From NCBI GenBank assembly GCA_024398095.1, contig JAKSJK010000001.1, forward strand, positions 8,848-72,847: a stretch of 64,000 nucleotides of DNA, read 5' to 3'. The translations under genes and the position numbers were made by a program. Source of the DNA: Bacteroidales bacterium. Lineage in GTDB: Bacteria; Bacteroidota; Bacteroidia; Bacteroidales; UBA932. The notes below the pieces were generated by a model. That model did not search any database and was not told the DNA's origin. It saw only the letters and a program-made list of their open reading frames with translations. Below, piece by piece: positions 47,683-56,500 of this stretch (position 1 is its first letter; each line of letters opens with the position of its first letter).

Positions 47683-50600
47683 TTAGAAGGTTACGGTAAA
47701 ACCAAGCATGTATGAACGCGCAGTTGGGTATGAAGCGAACCAACCTGCCTCGTAGTTCAGTTTCTGACGAACGTTGGACATGGTGCAGAGGTTGTTCACG
47801 CTGAGGTTGATGTCAAGGCCCTTCATGCCTGCCTTGGAAACGACAGTCCTAGGAAGTTTGTATCCGAGGGTGATGTTCTTCACGGTCACATAATTGAGTT
47901 TCTTGTAATAGCCGTGGGAGAACTTGTTCTGATAGCCCGGAGATACGACATCTGCATCCGGAGTTTCCGGAGTCCAGTATTTAACGCCGTGGATGTAGTT
48001 ACCGGAACCGAATGAGTAGGAAACGATGTTTGCCACATTGTCCTCATGCCAGTATCCGAACTTTCCGTTCAGGAGGAAAGAGAAGTAGAGGTCCTTGTAG
48101 GCGAAACGGTTACCCATTGACATGGTAAATGCAGGGCGGGTGCTGCCGAGGATGACGCGGTCATCAGTGGTGATCACACCGTCACCATTAGCATCGTAGA
48201 GTTTAGCGTCGCCAGGAACGGCACCGGTCTGATGGGCCTTGACTACACCGTCCTCCTCGAAAGTAAACTCATCACCTTCCTGCCAGATACCGATTATCTT
48301 GTAATCATAGACAACTGAAAGAGGCTGGCCGATGAACCACTTGTTGTTGACATCGTCCTTGCCGTCGCCACGAAGTTCGACGATCTTGTCCCTGTTGAGG
48401 AAGAAGGTCAGGTCGGTGTTCCAGCTGAAGTCTGCAGTTCTGATATTTACGGTGTTGAGGGTGAGCTCGATACCCTTGTTCTGGGTAGCACCGATGTTAT
48501 CCCATATCCTATTGTAACCATTCATGACAGGAACGGTACGGGTCATGAGCAGATCCTTGGTGTTGGAAATGTACATATCCACGGAACCACCGAGACGACC
48601 CTGGAAGAAGAGGAAGTCGATACCGAGGTTTGCGGTGTAGGTAGTCTCCCACCTGAGGTCAGGGTTACCGATTCCGTTAGCAGGGAGATAAGCGGAGTTA
48701 ACTGCAGAGCTGCCGTCACCGAAGATGTACTTCACACCGTTGGTTGAGTAAAGACGGTCGAGAGTGGTGTAACGGGAGATAGCGTTGTTACCGTTGGCAC
48801 CATAAGAAAGACGCATCTTGAGCATGTCGATCTTGTCGGTGTTGTCCTTTACGAACGACTCCTCGGAGATGTTCCATGCGAATGCTGCTGAAGGGAAGAA
48901 ACCGAACTTGTTGTTGGCGCCGAATACAGAAGCACCATCGGCACGTCCGGTGAGGGTAACGAGGTACTTGCCAGCATAGCCGTAGTTGAGACGGAGCATT
49001 GCAGACATCATGGTCTCCTTCCAATAACCAGAGCCGATGACGATCTTGTTCTCAGCGCCGTCCATCTTGTAGAAGCTGGAATCATCGTTTACAAAACCCT
49101 CACCTGACTGAGAGGTGGAGTTGTTCTTCTTCTCCTGCATTGAGTAGAGAGCAGTAGCATCGATGTGATGCTTGCCGAAATCACGGTCGAACTTGAGGAT
49201 GTTCTCCCAAGTGTAGTCAGTGGTGAAGCTGGTGCTGGACTCAGCCCTGCCGTTGACCTTTCTACCTGTGATAGTGTTACGGCCATAGTAGGTTCCGGTG
49301 AAGTTGTCACGGTAGTTGTAACCAAGCTGAGACTTGAAGGTAAGGCCCTTCATGAGAGTAAGGTCGACATGACCGTTCACTACCACGTTGCGGCTGGTGT
49401 TCTTCTGGTCAGCATTGACGTCCTTCATAGGGTTAGGGAAGTTCGAGTAGTCCATTGGCTCCTCGTAGTACATGCCGGTCTCATCCTTGTAGATACCGTA
49501 AGGAGACTGTTTGATGGCATGCTCGAGGTTAGGAGTCACGCCGCCGGTCTCACGCTGGACGAACTGGGTGGTGATACCAACTGCAAGCCAGTTGTTGAGT
49601 TTCTGCTCGATGTTGGAGTAGACAGAAACACGGTCGTACTTGGAATTATATACGACACCAGGGTTGTGGAGGTAGGAAACGGCAGCCATGTAGGTTGTGT
49701 TCTCAGTACCACCGGAGAAAGACACCTGCTGATCTGTGTTGAAGGTATTCCTGAACACATAATCCTGCCAGTCATTCACGATGCCCTGGGCGTAGTTTAC
49801 TTTCTCGGATGCAGAAATGATCTGACCAGCCATCGGATCGAGCTGCTCACCTTCGTACATCTTGGTGCCGAGGCGGCCCATATCCTGCTTGTAGCGGATG
49901 TACTCGTTAGGACCCATGACCTGGATTCGCTGCATAGGCTGAGCCATGGAGAACTGAGCCTTGTAGGTAACGGAGAATGAACCTCTCTTACCCTTCTTGG
50001 TCTGGATGAGAATGACACCGTTGGAACCACGGGAGCCGTAGATGGCAACAGAAGAAGCGTCCTTGAGGACGGTCATGCTCTCGACGAGGTCTGGATCGAT
50101 GTCCGCGAGGGAACCCTCATAAGGGATACCATCGAGAATGATGAGCGGGCTGTTGTTGGCAGAAAGGGAATTCTGTCCACGAACGAGGAGTGACTGGTTG
50201 GAACCAGGCTTCTCATCGCCGGTGGTGATGGTAAGTCCAGCCACCTGACCTGAAATACGGTCCATGAGGTTACCGGTGGAGACCATCTTGAGGTTCGCCT
50301 CATTGACAACGGCGACACCACCTGTGAGGTCTTTCATCTTCTGGGAACCGTAACCGATTACCACAGCGTCCTCAAGGTTGAAAGAATCCGGAACGAGTTT
50401 TACATCGATAACCGTCCTTCCGTTGACGGATTCGGTTACCTCTTTATACCCGAGGCAGGAGTAGATAAGGTTGGCGGACGACGGAGCGCTGAGGGAGTAT
50501 TTTCCATTAGCGTCTGTTGTAACAGGAACCACCTTGGCATCGTCGGAGAAAATCACGATACCAGCGAGAGGTGCTCCGTTTTCGTCAACCACCTTACCAG

Positions 50601-50694
50601 ATACTTGGACATTCTGTGCGAAGGCGTTGAAACCTCCCGCAGAGAAAAGGAACAGCATAGCCGTAGCGAAAACGGCTCTGAAGGCCTTGATCAT
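47683..50694 (-). CDS. susC: SusC/RagA TonB-dependent transporter
   Basis: VVIGYG, LKDASSVAIYGSRGSNGVILIQTKKG, NPDLRWETT, terminal Phe. Confidence 0.96.
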   Translation of the reverse strand: MIKAFRAVFATAMLFLFSAGGFNAFAQNVQVSGKVVDENGAPLAGIVIFSDDAKVVPVTTDANGKYSLSAPSSANLIYSCLGYKEVTESVNGRTVIDVKLVPDSFNLEDAVVIGYGSQKMKDLTGGVAVVNEANLKMVSTGNLMDRISGQVAGLTITTGDEKPGSNQSLLVRGQNSLSANNSPLIILDGIPYEGSLADIDPDLVESMTVLKDASSVAIYGSRGSNGVILIQTKKGKRGSFSVTYKAQFSMAQPMQRIQVMGPNEYIRYKQDMGRLGTKMYEGEQLDPMAGQIISASEKVNYAQGIVNDWQDYVFRNTFNTDQQVSFSGGTENTTYMAAVSYLHNPGVVYNSKYDRVSVYSNIEQKLNNWLAVGITTQFVQRETGGVTPNLEHAIKQSPYGIYKDETGMYYEEPMDYSNFPNPMKDVNADQKNTSRNVVVNGHVDLTLMKGLTFKSQLGYNYRDNFTGTYYGRNTITGRKVNGRAESSTSFTTDYTWENILKFDRDFGKHHIDATALYSMQEKKNNSTSQSGEGFVNDDSSFYKMDGAENKIVIGSGYWKETMMSAMLRLNYGYAGKYLVTLTGRADGASVFGANNKFGFFPSAAFAWNISEESFVKDNTDKIDMLKMRLSYGANGNNAISRYTTLDRLYSTNGVKYIFGDGSSAVNSAYLPANGIGNPDLRWETTYTANLGIDFLFFQGRLGGSVDMYISNTKDLLMTRTVPVMNGYNRIWDNIGATQNKGIELTLNTVNIRTADFSWNTDLTFFLNRDKIVELRGDGKDDVNNKWFIGQPLSVVYDYKIIGIWQEGDEFTFEEDGVVKAHQTGAVPGDAKLYDANGDGVITTDDRVILGSTRPAFTMSMGNRFAYKDLYFSFLLNGKFGYWHEDNVANIVSYSFGSGNYIHGVKYWTPETPDADVVSPGYQNKFSHGYYKKLNYVTVKNITLGYKLPRTVVSKAGMKGLDINLSVNNLCTMSNVRQKLNYEAGWFASYPTARSYMLGFTVTF

Positions 50695-50736
50695 AATCTG
50701 ATAATTTAAGTAGTTAATAAAAAAGTTGAATAGTAG

Positions 50737-53700
50737 TTACTTGATATTGAGTTTACCGGCTTTCATCCAGCCATCCACCACGCAAGAGGCAGGGACGGAA
50801 AGATTGATACCAGGTTTGTTGTCGCTCTGGGTGTCGACTATGCCCACAAGCCAGGTGTATTCCCCTGCTGCGAGGCCGTCCAGTACGACCTGGAGTTCAT
50901 AGGAGGAGGCTGCCCCCTTGAACCAGGTGGAAGGTTCCGCGTCGGTGTCCACGAAGGTCTTCACGATCCTTCCATCTTTGTCCGCAAGGGCGAACGCCGG
51001 CTTGAAGCGGTAATTCCACTGAGGAATGTTGTTCGGGCAGTAACCCCAGCCCAGGTTCTCCCAGGTGTGGCAGATCTGAGCCTTGGTCCCGGATACTGCT
51101 ACGGTCGGGAACTTCAGAAGAGATGGGTAGAGTCTGTAACCTCCCTTTTCCACGAACTCCTGAACCATTTCTATGTTCTGGAACCAGGATTCAGTCTCGT
51201 TACCCACACGGAAATCCATCATATTTACGTGTGCCTGTTCAGCATCGTCCATTTCTCCCCTTCTCACATCCTCTGGATGTCCCTCGCGATAGCGTTTGGA
51301 AGGATCGATCCAGTAGCGATGGTGGGCACCGGTAATCCAGCCTCCCTCGAAGATGATCGGAAGTTTGTAATTCCACTTTGCGGCGAAATCCCTCTCCCAC
51401 TGCTGGTAGTAGCCGGTCATGCCGAAAGCGTCGTGACGCAGGCTGTAGCCCTTGCGGATGCAACTCTCCAGCATAGGCTCGGAATCAGGGTTTGGCAGAT
51501 CCTCCCATCCGTTTACATGCTGCACGGCAAGCACGCGGTGGTAATTGATGATCAGCGGCACCTTGGTGAAGGTCTGGGAATAGAGATCGGTGATCCATTC
51601 AAAGACAGGAATCTTGTTTGCCTCATCCTTGTATTTCATAGAATGGGCCTCACCCCATTTACCCAGGCCGTAGGCGTCGATGAAATCGACTTCATCGTAA
51701 TTATTGAATCTCTCAGCAAGAGCGGTGATGAACTTGGCATACTTCTCCTGGAATACAGGATCATCAGGGTAAGGTGTAAGCACTTCCCTGTCGCCAACCT
51801 TGGCACTGAAACATTCCGCACCGGCATTGATTACGTACATAGGGGTGTTCTGACCCTGGTCGCGTCCGTCCACGACGATACGGAAAGCCAGTTTCAGACC
51901 CTTCTCACGCACGGAAAGAAGAAGTTTGTTGAGTCTGGAATCAGGATCGTCCCAGAAATATCTGCCCTCTTCCGGCTCCATGGAAGCCCAGCTCGTACGG
52001 ATGTAAGTGGTACCTCCGCAATAATCCCACACCCTTGCAGTGGTGCTGCCATCGCCCACAGGAATGCGGTCATAGCCCCTTTCTGTCCAGAAATTCTCAT
52101 CGAAGTTGCGACCGAGATACATCACCCAGCCGTTGAGAGGGTTCCTGATGACGGAAGTCCTGTCTGGTTCCACAGCCAGCTCGGAATAGACCGGAACGCC
52201 CATATTCACGGAAGCCTTGAGCGGAAGGTCTGCAGATGAGCCTCCGACCATGATTTCGAATGCGCCCGGCTCGAGTACGAAGGACTTGCTCTTCACATCG
52301 TAGAAAGAGAAGGCATCTGCATTCAGGACTACCTCATAATTTGCAGAACCGCCCTTAGGGATGAAAATCTTCTGGTAGCCCTTGAGTTCCTTCGCAGGTC
52401 TCGGAACCGAAGATTCGATGTCACGCACATAGACCTGGGCGGTCTCACTGGCATCGAAACGGCCGGTGTTTGTCACCTTGAAACTGACTTTCAGACAGTC
52501 ATCAGCCATCTTGGTCAGCTGAAGGTCGCTGTAAGAGAAACTGGTGTAGCTGAGTCCATAGCCGAAAGGATACCTCGGAGTCTTGCCTGAACGGTCATAG
52601 CCACGGTAGCCCACGAATATGCCTTCACGGTATTCGACTCTCTTGTATGGCTGTCCCTGTGTACGTACAGGGGTATTATCATAATATGTAGCGTTAACAG
52701 GATTGTCTTCCCATACATTCTCCATGCTGACCGGAAGTTTGCCACTAGGGCTGCAGGCACCACTCAGAATCTCGGCAAGCGCCTTTCCTCCTTCCTGACC
52801 GGAATACCAGGCCATCAGCACAGCCTCGGCATTCTCACTCCAGCCGTTGAAATCTACTGCACCACCTGCGTTGAGCACCACTGTCACATGATCGTGGCTG
52901 GCAGTGAGCTTATTGATGAGCTCAACCTGAGCAGAAGGCAGGCTGAACGGCCTGTCGAAGCCTTCGCCTTCGATGTCGCTGTCAAAACCGCCGCAGAAAA
53001 CCACGCGGGTGGCAGTCTTGAGAGCAGCCATGAGCGCAGCCTCGTCGAAGAAGCCCATCTTGCATCTTGCAGTGGCATCCGAGAGATTGTCGTAGAACTC
53101 GAAACGGAGTCTGTATTCACGGCCGGCCTCAACCTTGAAGAAAACGGTTCTGGTAGAAATGGCGTGATTGCCCCAGTCACCACCGAGTTTCACGTCGTCC
53201 ACAAAGAGACGATAGCCGTCGTCGCCAGCCATATTGAAACGGACCGTACCGCTTGTCTGAGGCACGAAAACGCCCTCCCAGCGACATGAGAAGCTATCAT
53301 TACTGATCTTAGGATCCGGAGATTGGCGTTTCCACTCAAAGTCAATATCCTTGTCGACACGGCTTACTTCAGCCGGGCCTTCCAGAGTCTTGTTGTTGAA
53401 GAAAGTGGCGTCAAAGCCCTGCACTGAAGGATTGGAAACACAGTGCACAAGTGAACTGCAATCTGGATAGAGTTCAGCATCGGAGAGGACTGAGACAGAC
53501 TTGAGGGACTTCTTCAAAGCGCAGAGTCCGTCAGCGAGAGTAGTCGTATGGAAAGGGGTCACGAAACCGCTGCCGCCTCCAGTTGTCACGACAGTCGCAT
53601 TCGGGCCGAGCACAAGCACACGGTCGCGCTTGTTGAAAGGAAGTTCGGACTGCCTGTTCTCAAGGAGCACAACGCCCTCGCGGGCCAGCCTGAGGGCGAC

Positions 53701-54657
53701 ATCGTCGCTCTTAGGATTGTCGAGTGGAATGGTCTCATCCTTGATATTGCCCTCCAACAGGCCGAAACGCTCGAGAGTGCTGAGGATGTTGTAGACCTTG
53801 CGGTCGATGTCCTCTTCACGTACGATGCCGGCCTCCACCAGAGGTACGAGTTTCTCTGCCGTAAAATAGATACCTTTCGGGCATTCGAGATCCAGACCGC
53901 CGTTAGCAGCAGCAGAGGAGGAATATACCGATGTCCAGTCGGACATGAGGATGCCGTCGAAGCCCCACATATTCCTGAGTACATCGATATTCATCCACGC
54001 ATTCTCGGAAGCATGCACATTGTTTACCAGGTTGTAACTGTTCATCACAGCGCCCACATGAGCCTCCTGCACAGCCTTCTTGAAGGCCGGGAAATAGATC
54101 TCATGCATGGTTCTTTCATCCACATCGGAAGAAGCATGATGACGGTTCCACTCTTGGTTGTTGGCTGCAAAATGCTTGATGGTGGCGATCACACCTTCGT
54201 CCTGTACGCCGATGATGTAATGCTTGGCAACCTCCGAGCTGAGATAAGGATCTTCTCCGAAATACTCGAAGTTGCGTCCGCACATTGGCGCACGATAGAT
54301 ATTTACGCCAGGTCCTAGCAGGATGGAGACTCCCCTGGCCTTTGCATCGCTGCCAAGTCCATGGCCGAGTTCCTCCGCCAGTTCACGGTTCCAGGTAGCC
54401 GCAGTGAGGATACCACATGGATAGAGAGTACTGACAGTATTGTTCCTGATGCCCTGAGGACCATCTGCCATCCTGATTTCAGGAATTCCGAGCCTAGGCA
54501 CAGAGCGGATCACGAACGAGCGTGCCGATCCGATGTAGTCGCACTTTTCCTCCAGCGTCATGCGGGAGAGCAGTTCTGCAGCCCTGTCAGTCTGTGCAGA
54601 CAGGTGCATGCTCACAAGAGAGAGAACTGCAACAAGCGTCAAAGAAATCTTATTCAT
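50737..54657 (-). CDS. Fusion: GH3 beta-glucosidase (PA14 insert, Fn3-like domain) + DUF4832-like domain (paralog D)
   Basis: SPI signal; MTLEEK, GRNFEYFGEDP, KHFAANNQE, MSDW, PA14-like FSCRWEG..DDGYRL. From about 52190: NPLNGW...GKWGEAH...LRHDAFGM...FEGGW. Confidence 0.9.
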   Translation of the reverse strand: MNKISLTLVAVLSLVSMHLSAQTDRAAELLSRMTLEEKCDYIGSARSFVIRSVPRLGIPEIRMADGPQGIRNNTVSTLYPCGILTAATWNRELAEELGHGLGSDAKARGVSILLGPGVNIYRAPMCGRNFEYFGEDPYLSSEVAKHYIIGVQDEGVIATIKHFAANNQEWNRHHASSDVDERTMHEIYFPAFKKAVQEAHVGAVMNSYNLVNNVHASENAWMNIDVLRNMWGFDGILMSDWTSVYSSSAAANGGLDLECPKGIYFTAEKLVPLVEAGIVREEDIDRKVYNILSTLERFGLLEGNIKDETIPLDNPKSDDVALRLAREGVVLLENRQSELPFNKRDRVLVLGPNATVVTTGGGSGFVTPFHTTTLADGLCALKKSLKSVSVLSDAELYPDCSSLVHCVSNPSVQGFDATFFNNKTLEGPAEVSRVDKDIDFEWKRQSPDPKISNDSFSCRWEGVFVPQTSGTVRFNMAGDDGYRLFVDDVKLGGDWGNHAISTRTVFFKVEAGREYRLRFEFYDNLSDATARCKMGFFDEAALMAALKTATRVVFCGGFDSDIEGEGFDRPFSLPSAQVELINKLTASHDHVTVVLNAGGAVDFNGWSENAEAVLMAWYSGQEGGKALAEILSGACSPSGKLPVSMENVWEDNPVNATYYDNTPVRTQGQPYKRVEYREGIFVGYRGYDRSGKTPRYPFGYGLSYTSFSYSDLQLTKMADDCLKVSFKVTNTGRFDASETAQVYVRDIESSVPRPAKELKGYQKIFIPKGGSANYEVVLNADAFSFYDVKSKSFVLEPGAFEIMVGGSSADLPLKASVNMGVPVYSELAVEPDRTSVIRNPLNGWVMYLGRNFDENFWTERGYDRIPVGDGSTTARVWDYCGGTTYIRTSWASMEPEEGRYFWDDPDSRLNKLLLSVREKGLKLAFRIVVDGRDQGQNTPMYVINAGAECFSAKVGDREVLTPYPDDPVFQEKYAKFITALAERFNNYDEVDFIDAYGLGKWGEAHSMKYKDEANKIPVFEWITDLYSQTFTKVPLIINYHRVLAVQHVNGWEDLPNPDSEPMLESCIRKGYSLRHDAFGMTGYYQQWERDFAAKWNYKLPIIFEGGWITGAHHRYWIDPSKRYREGHPEDVRRGEMDDAEQAHVNMMDFRVGNETESWFQNIEMVQEFVEKGGYRLYPSLLKFPTVAVSGTKAQICHTWENLGWGYCPNNIPQWNYRFKPAFALADKDGRIVKTFVDTDAEPSTWFKGAASSYELQVVLDGLAAGEYTWLVGIVDTQSDNKPGINLSVPASCVVDGWMKAGKLNIK

Positions 54658-54670
54658 AGTTTAATCGATA

Positions 54671-55909
54671 TTACATGCGGTTGAATCTTACTATTGCTTC
54701 CAGGAAGTAATAATCTGCATAAGTGAGCGGAACATCAATCTCACTGAGCCCCTGCATATTGCCCACGCAATGCTTGATAAGGAAACCTCCCTGTTCATCT
54801 ACCTCGGCAAAATACATCGGAGAGGCAAGTGTCCTGATGGCCTTCTCACTCATTGCACGGCACTCCGAGGAAAGTTTGCTGTCTTTTGTCAGAGCAGACA
54901 ATGCCACGAAGGCAGATGCCATTATAGCACCGGCAGAGGCATCTCTCTGGATCTTTTCGCCCTCTCTCCAGAAGTATTTGGAAGGATGGCCTGCTGCATT
55001 ATCCTCGGATGCATCAGGAGTGCCTGGGGCATTGAAGTCCCAGTACGGGATGCCATCCTCCGGCATCATAGGCAGAAGGAAACGGGCGATGTTCTCAGCC
55101 TGGGATAGATATTTCTCATCCCCGGTTTTTTCGTACATCATGGTGTAGCCATAAAGGCCCCACGACTGTCCTCTTGACCAGGCTGACTCATGTGCAAAAC
55201 CCTGTACGGTCTGCTTGTGGTCGATTTCTCCGGTCAGTGGCAGATAATCTACCAGATGATAAGAAGAGAAATCACCACGGAAATGATTTTTCATAGTTAC
55301 GTCGGCATGCGTCCTTGCTATCTGTGCAAGAGAATCGCAAGCGAAAAGATCCGAAGCATTGAGAAGGAGTTCCAGGTTCATCATATTGTCGATGATCACC
55401 GGATAATTGTACCAATTGTGGTCCCAGCTCCTGATGCAGCCCACCGTAGGATTGAACCTCTTTGCAAGTTTTGCAGAAGCCGCTTCAATGACAGGAAGCA
55501 GGCTTTCGTCGCCGGTGAGGCGATAGGCATTCCCGAAACTGCTGTTCACCTGGAAACCTATGTCGTGGTCGGTGTAGAGTTCGACCAGATTGTCGAGCCT
55601 GTGGGTCTGTCTGAGTGCCATTTCCTTCACAGACTCGTCTGAGGTGGCCTCGTAGACATACCAGAGACTGCCAGGGAAGAAACCGCTGCACCACCATCCT
55701 TCAGGGCTGTCGATGTAACGGCCATCGTCATAGGACCGAGGGAATTCGCCATCCTGGAGATGATGGTCCAATATTGCAAACTGTATACTTGCTCTTTCCA
55801 TCACTCTTCCCGTAAGTTCTGCCATGGTCTCTTCGTGAGAGCAAGAGACCAGGATGGTCAGAGAGAGAGCAGAGGCTGCTATAAAAAATCTTGAAAAAAT
55901 ATTGTCCAT
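54671..55909 (-). CDS. GH88 unsaturated glucuronyl hydrolase
   Basis: WCSGFFPGSLW, DHDIGF, IIDNMMNLELL, SAWSRGQSW, PYWDF, RDASA, YADYYFLEA; lipobox LVSC. Confidence 0.93.
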   Translation of the reverse strand: MDNIFSRFFIAASALSLTILVSCSHEETMAELTGRVMERASIQFAILDHHLQDGEFPRSYDDGRYIDSPEGWWCSGFFPGSLWYVYEATSDESVKEMALRQTHRLDNLVELYTDHDIGFQVNSSFGNAYRLTGDESLLPVIEAASAKLAKRFNPTVGCIRSWDHNWYNYPVIIDNMMNLELLLNASDLFACDSLAQIARTHADVTMKNHFRGDFSSYHLVDYLPLTGEIDHKQTVQGFAHESAWSRGQSWGLYGYTMMYEKTGDEKYLSQAENIARFLLPMMPEDGIPYWDFNAPGTPDASEDNAAGHPSKYFWREGEKIQRDASAGAIMASAFVALSALTKDSKLSSECRAMSEKAIRTLASPMYFAEVDEQGGFLIKHCVGNMQGLSEIDVPLTYADYYFLEAIVRFNRM

Positions 55910-55938
55910 ACAACGATTGGTTATTAATCATCCAATTG

Positions 55939-55946
55939 CAAAATTA
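55939..55946 (-). promoter_or_regulatory. -7 element (TAATTTTG) for the GH88-led operon
   Basis: TAnnTTTG 29 bp upstream of the GH88 ATG. Confidence 0.65.
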
Positions 55947-55986
55947 GGACACCCCTGAGATTTCAATGTCCGTATTCCTCCGATAA

Positions 55987-56003
55987 TGGTTCAATTTTGT
56001 ACA
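55987..56003. promoter_or_regulatory. Candidate HTCS activator half-site TGGTTCAATTTTGTACA
   Basis: 15/17 identical to 41502..41518 and at the same distance (within 1 bp) from a -7 element. Confidence 0.6.
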
Positions 56004-56010
56004 GTAACAG

Positions 56011-56047
56011 AAAAAAAACAATGGCCATCGTGAAACCGACAGCCATT
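56011..56047 (-). terminator. Rho-independent terminator after secA-bactofilin
   Basis: Minus-strand hairpin AATGGCTGTCG-loop-CGATGGCCATT (with G-U pairs) followed by G and T8. Confidence 0.7.
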
Positions 56048-56072
56048 ATATATAAATAGGTATGTAAGTAAA

Positions 56073-56477
56073 CTACTCTGCAGTTTCTACAGCAGCCTCC
56101 GGGGTTTCGCCGCACAAAGCAGCGAAATCGTCTTCGGTAATCATCTTGCAGTTGCCGTTGAACTGGGAGTCCAGTTCCACCTCGAGGCGGCGGATGGCGA
56201 TGTTGCCGTCCACCTCGCATCCTGCCTTGAGGGTAAGGATGTCCCTGACGAAGATATTACCCTTGATGCTGCCGTACATATCCATATTTGCGCAGATGAC
56301 ATCACCGACGATGGTGGCGCCCTCGCCCACTACGACCTTGCCCTTGGAGATGAGCTTGCCTTCGAATGAACCATCTATGCGGATGTCGCTTGGAGAAGTG
56401 ATTTCGCCCTTGATAAAGGTGCCTTCTGAAATGCGGCTGACCGCATTCACATTAAAAGTCTGTTCTGGTTTAGCCAT
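56073..56477 (-). CDS. Bactofilin (polymer-forming cytoskeletal protein)
   Basis: Beta-helix repeats ISEGTFIKGEI..DIRIDGSFEGKL..VVVGEGATIVGDV..FNGNCKM. Confidence 0.92.
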   Translation of the reverse strand: MAKPEQTFNVNAVSRISEGTFIKGEITSPSDIRIDGSFEGKLISKGKVVVGEGATIVGDVICANMDMYGSIKGNIFVRDILTLKAGCEVDGNIAIRRLEVELDSQFNGNCKMITEDDFAALCGETPEAAVETAE

Positions 56478-56500
56478 TTCTATAATGTTCTAGTGGGGTT

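Noticed and set aside
1-55909. Heparin/chondroitin or pectin assignment based on GH88 plus GUS
   Set aside because: No sulfatases, hexosaminidases, GAG or pectate lyases, GH28 or GH105 were recognised in the window. This cannot be fully excluded because the locus is truncated on the left.
55910-56072. PUL boundary as a genomic-island or mobile-element junction
   Set aside because: No integrase, transposase, tRNA or flanking direct repeat is visible, and there is no obvious compositional shift by eye.
55963-56220. 85-aa minus-strand ORF with hydrophobic tail
   Set aside because: It is out of frame within bactofilin and runs through a terminator and promoter motif; the hydrophobic tail comes from the T tract.
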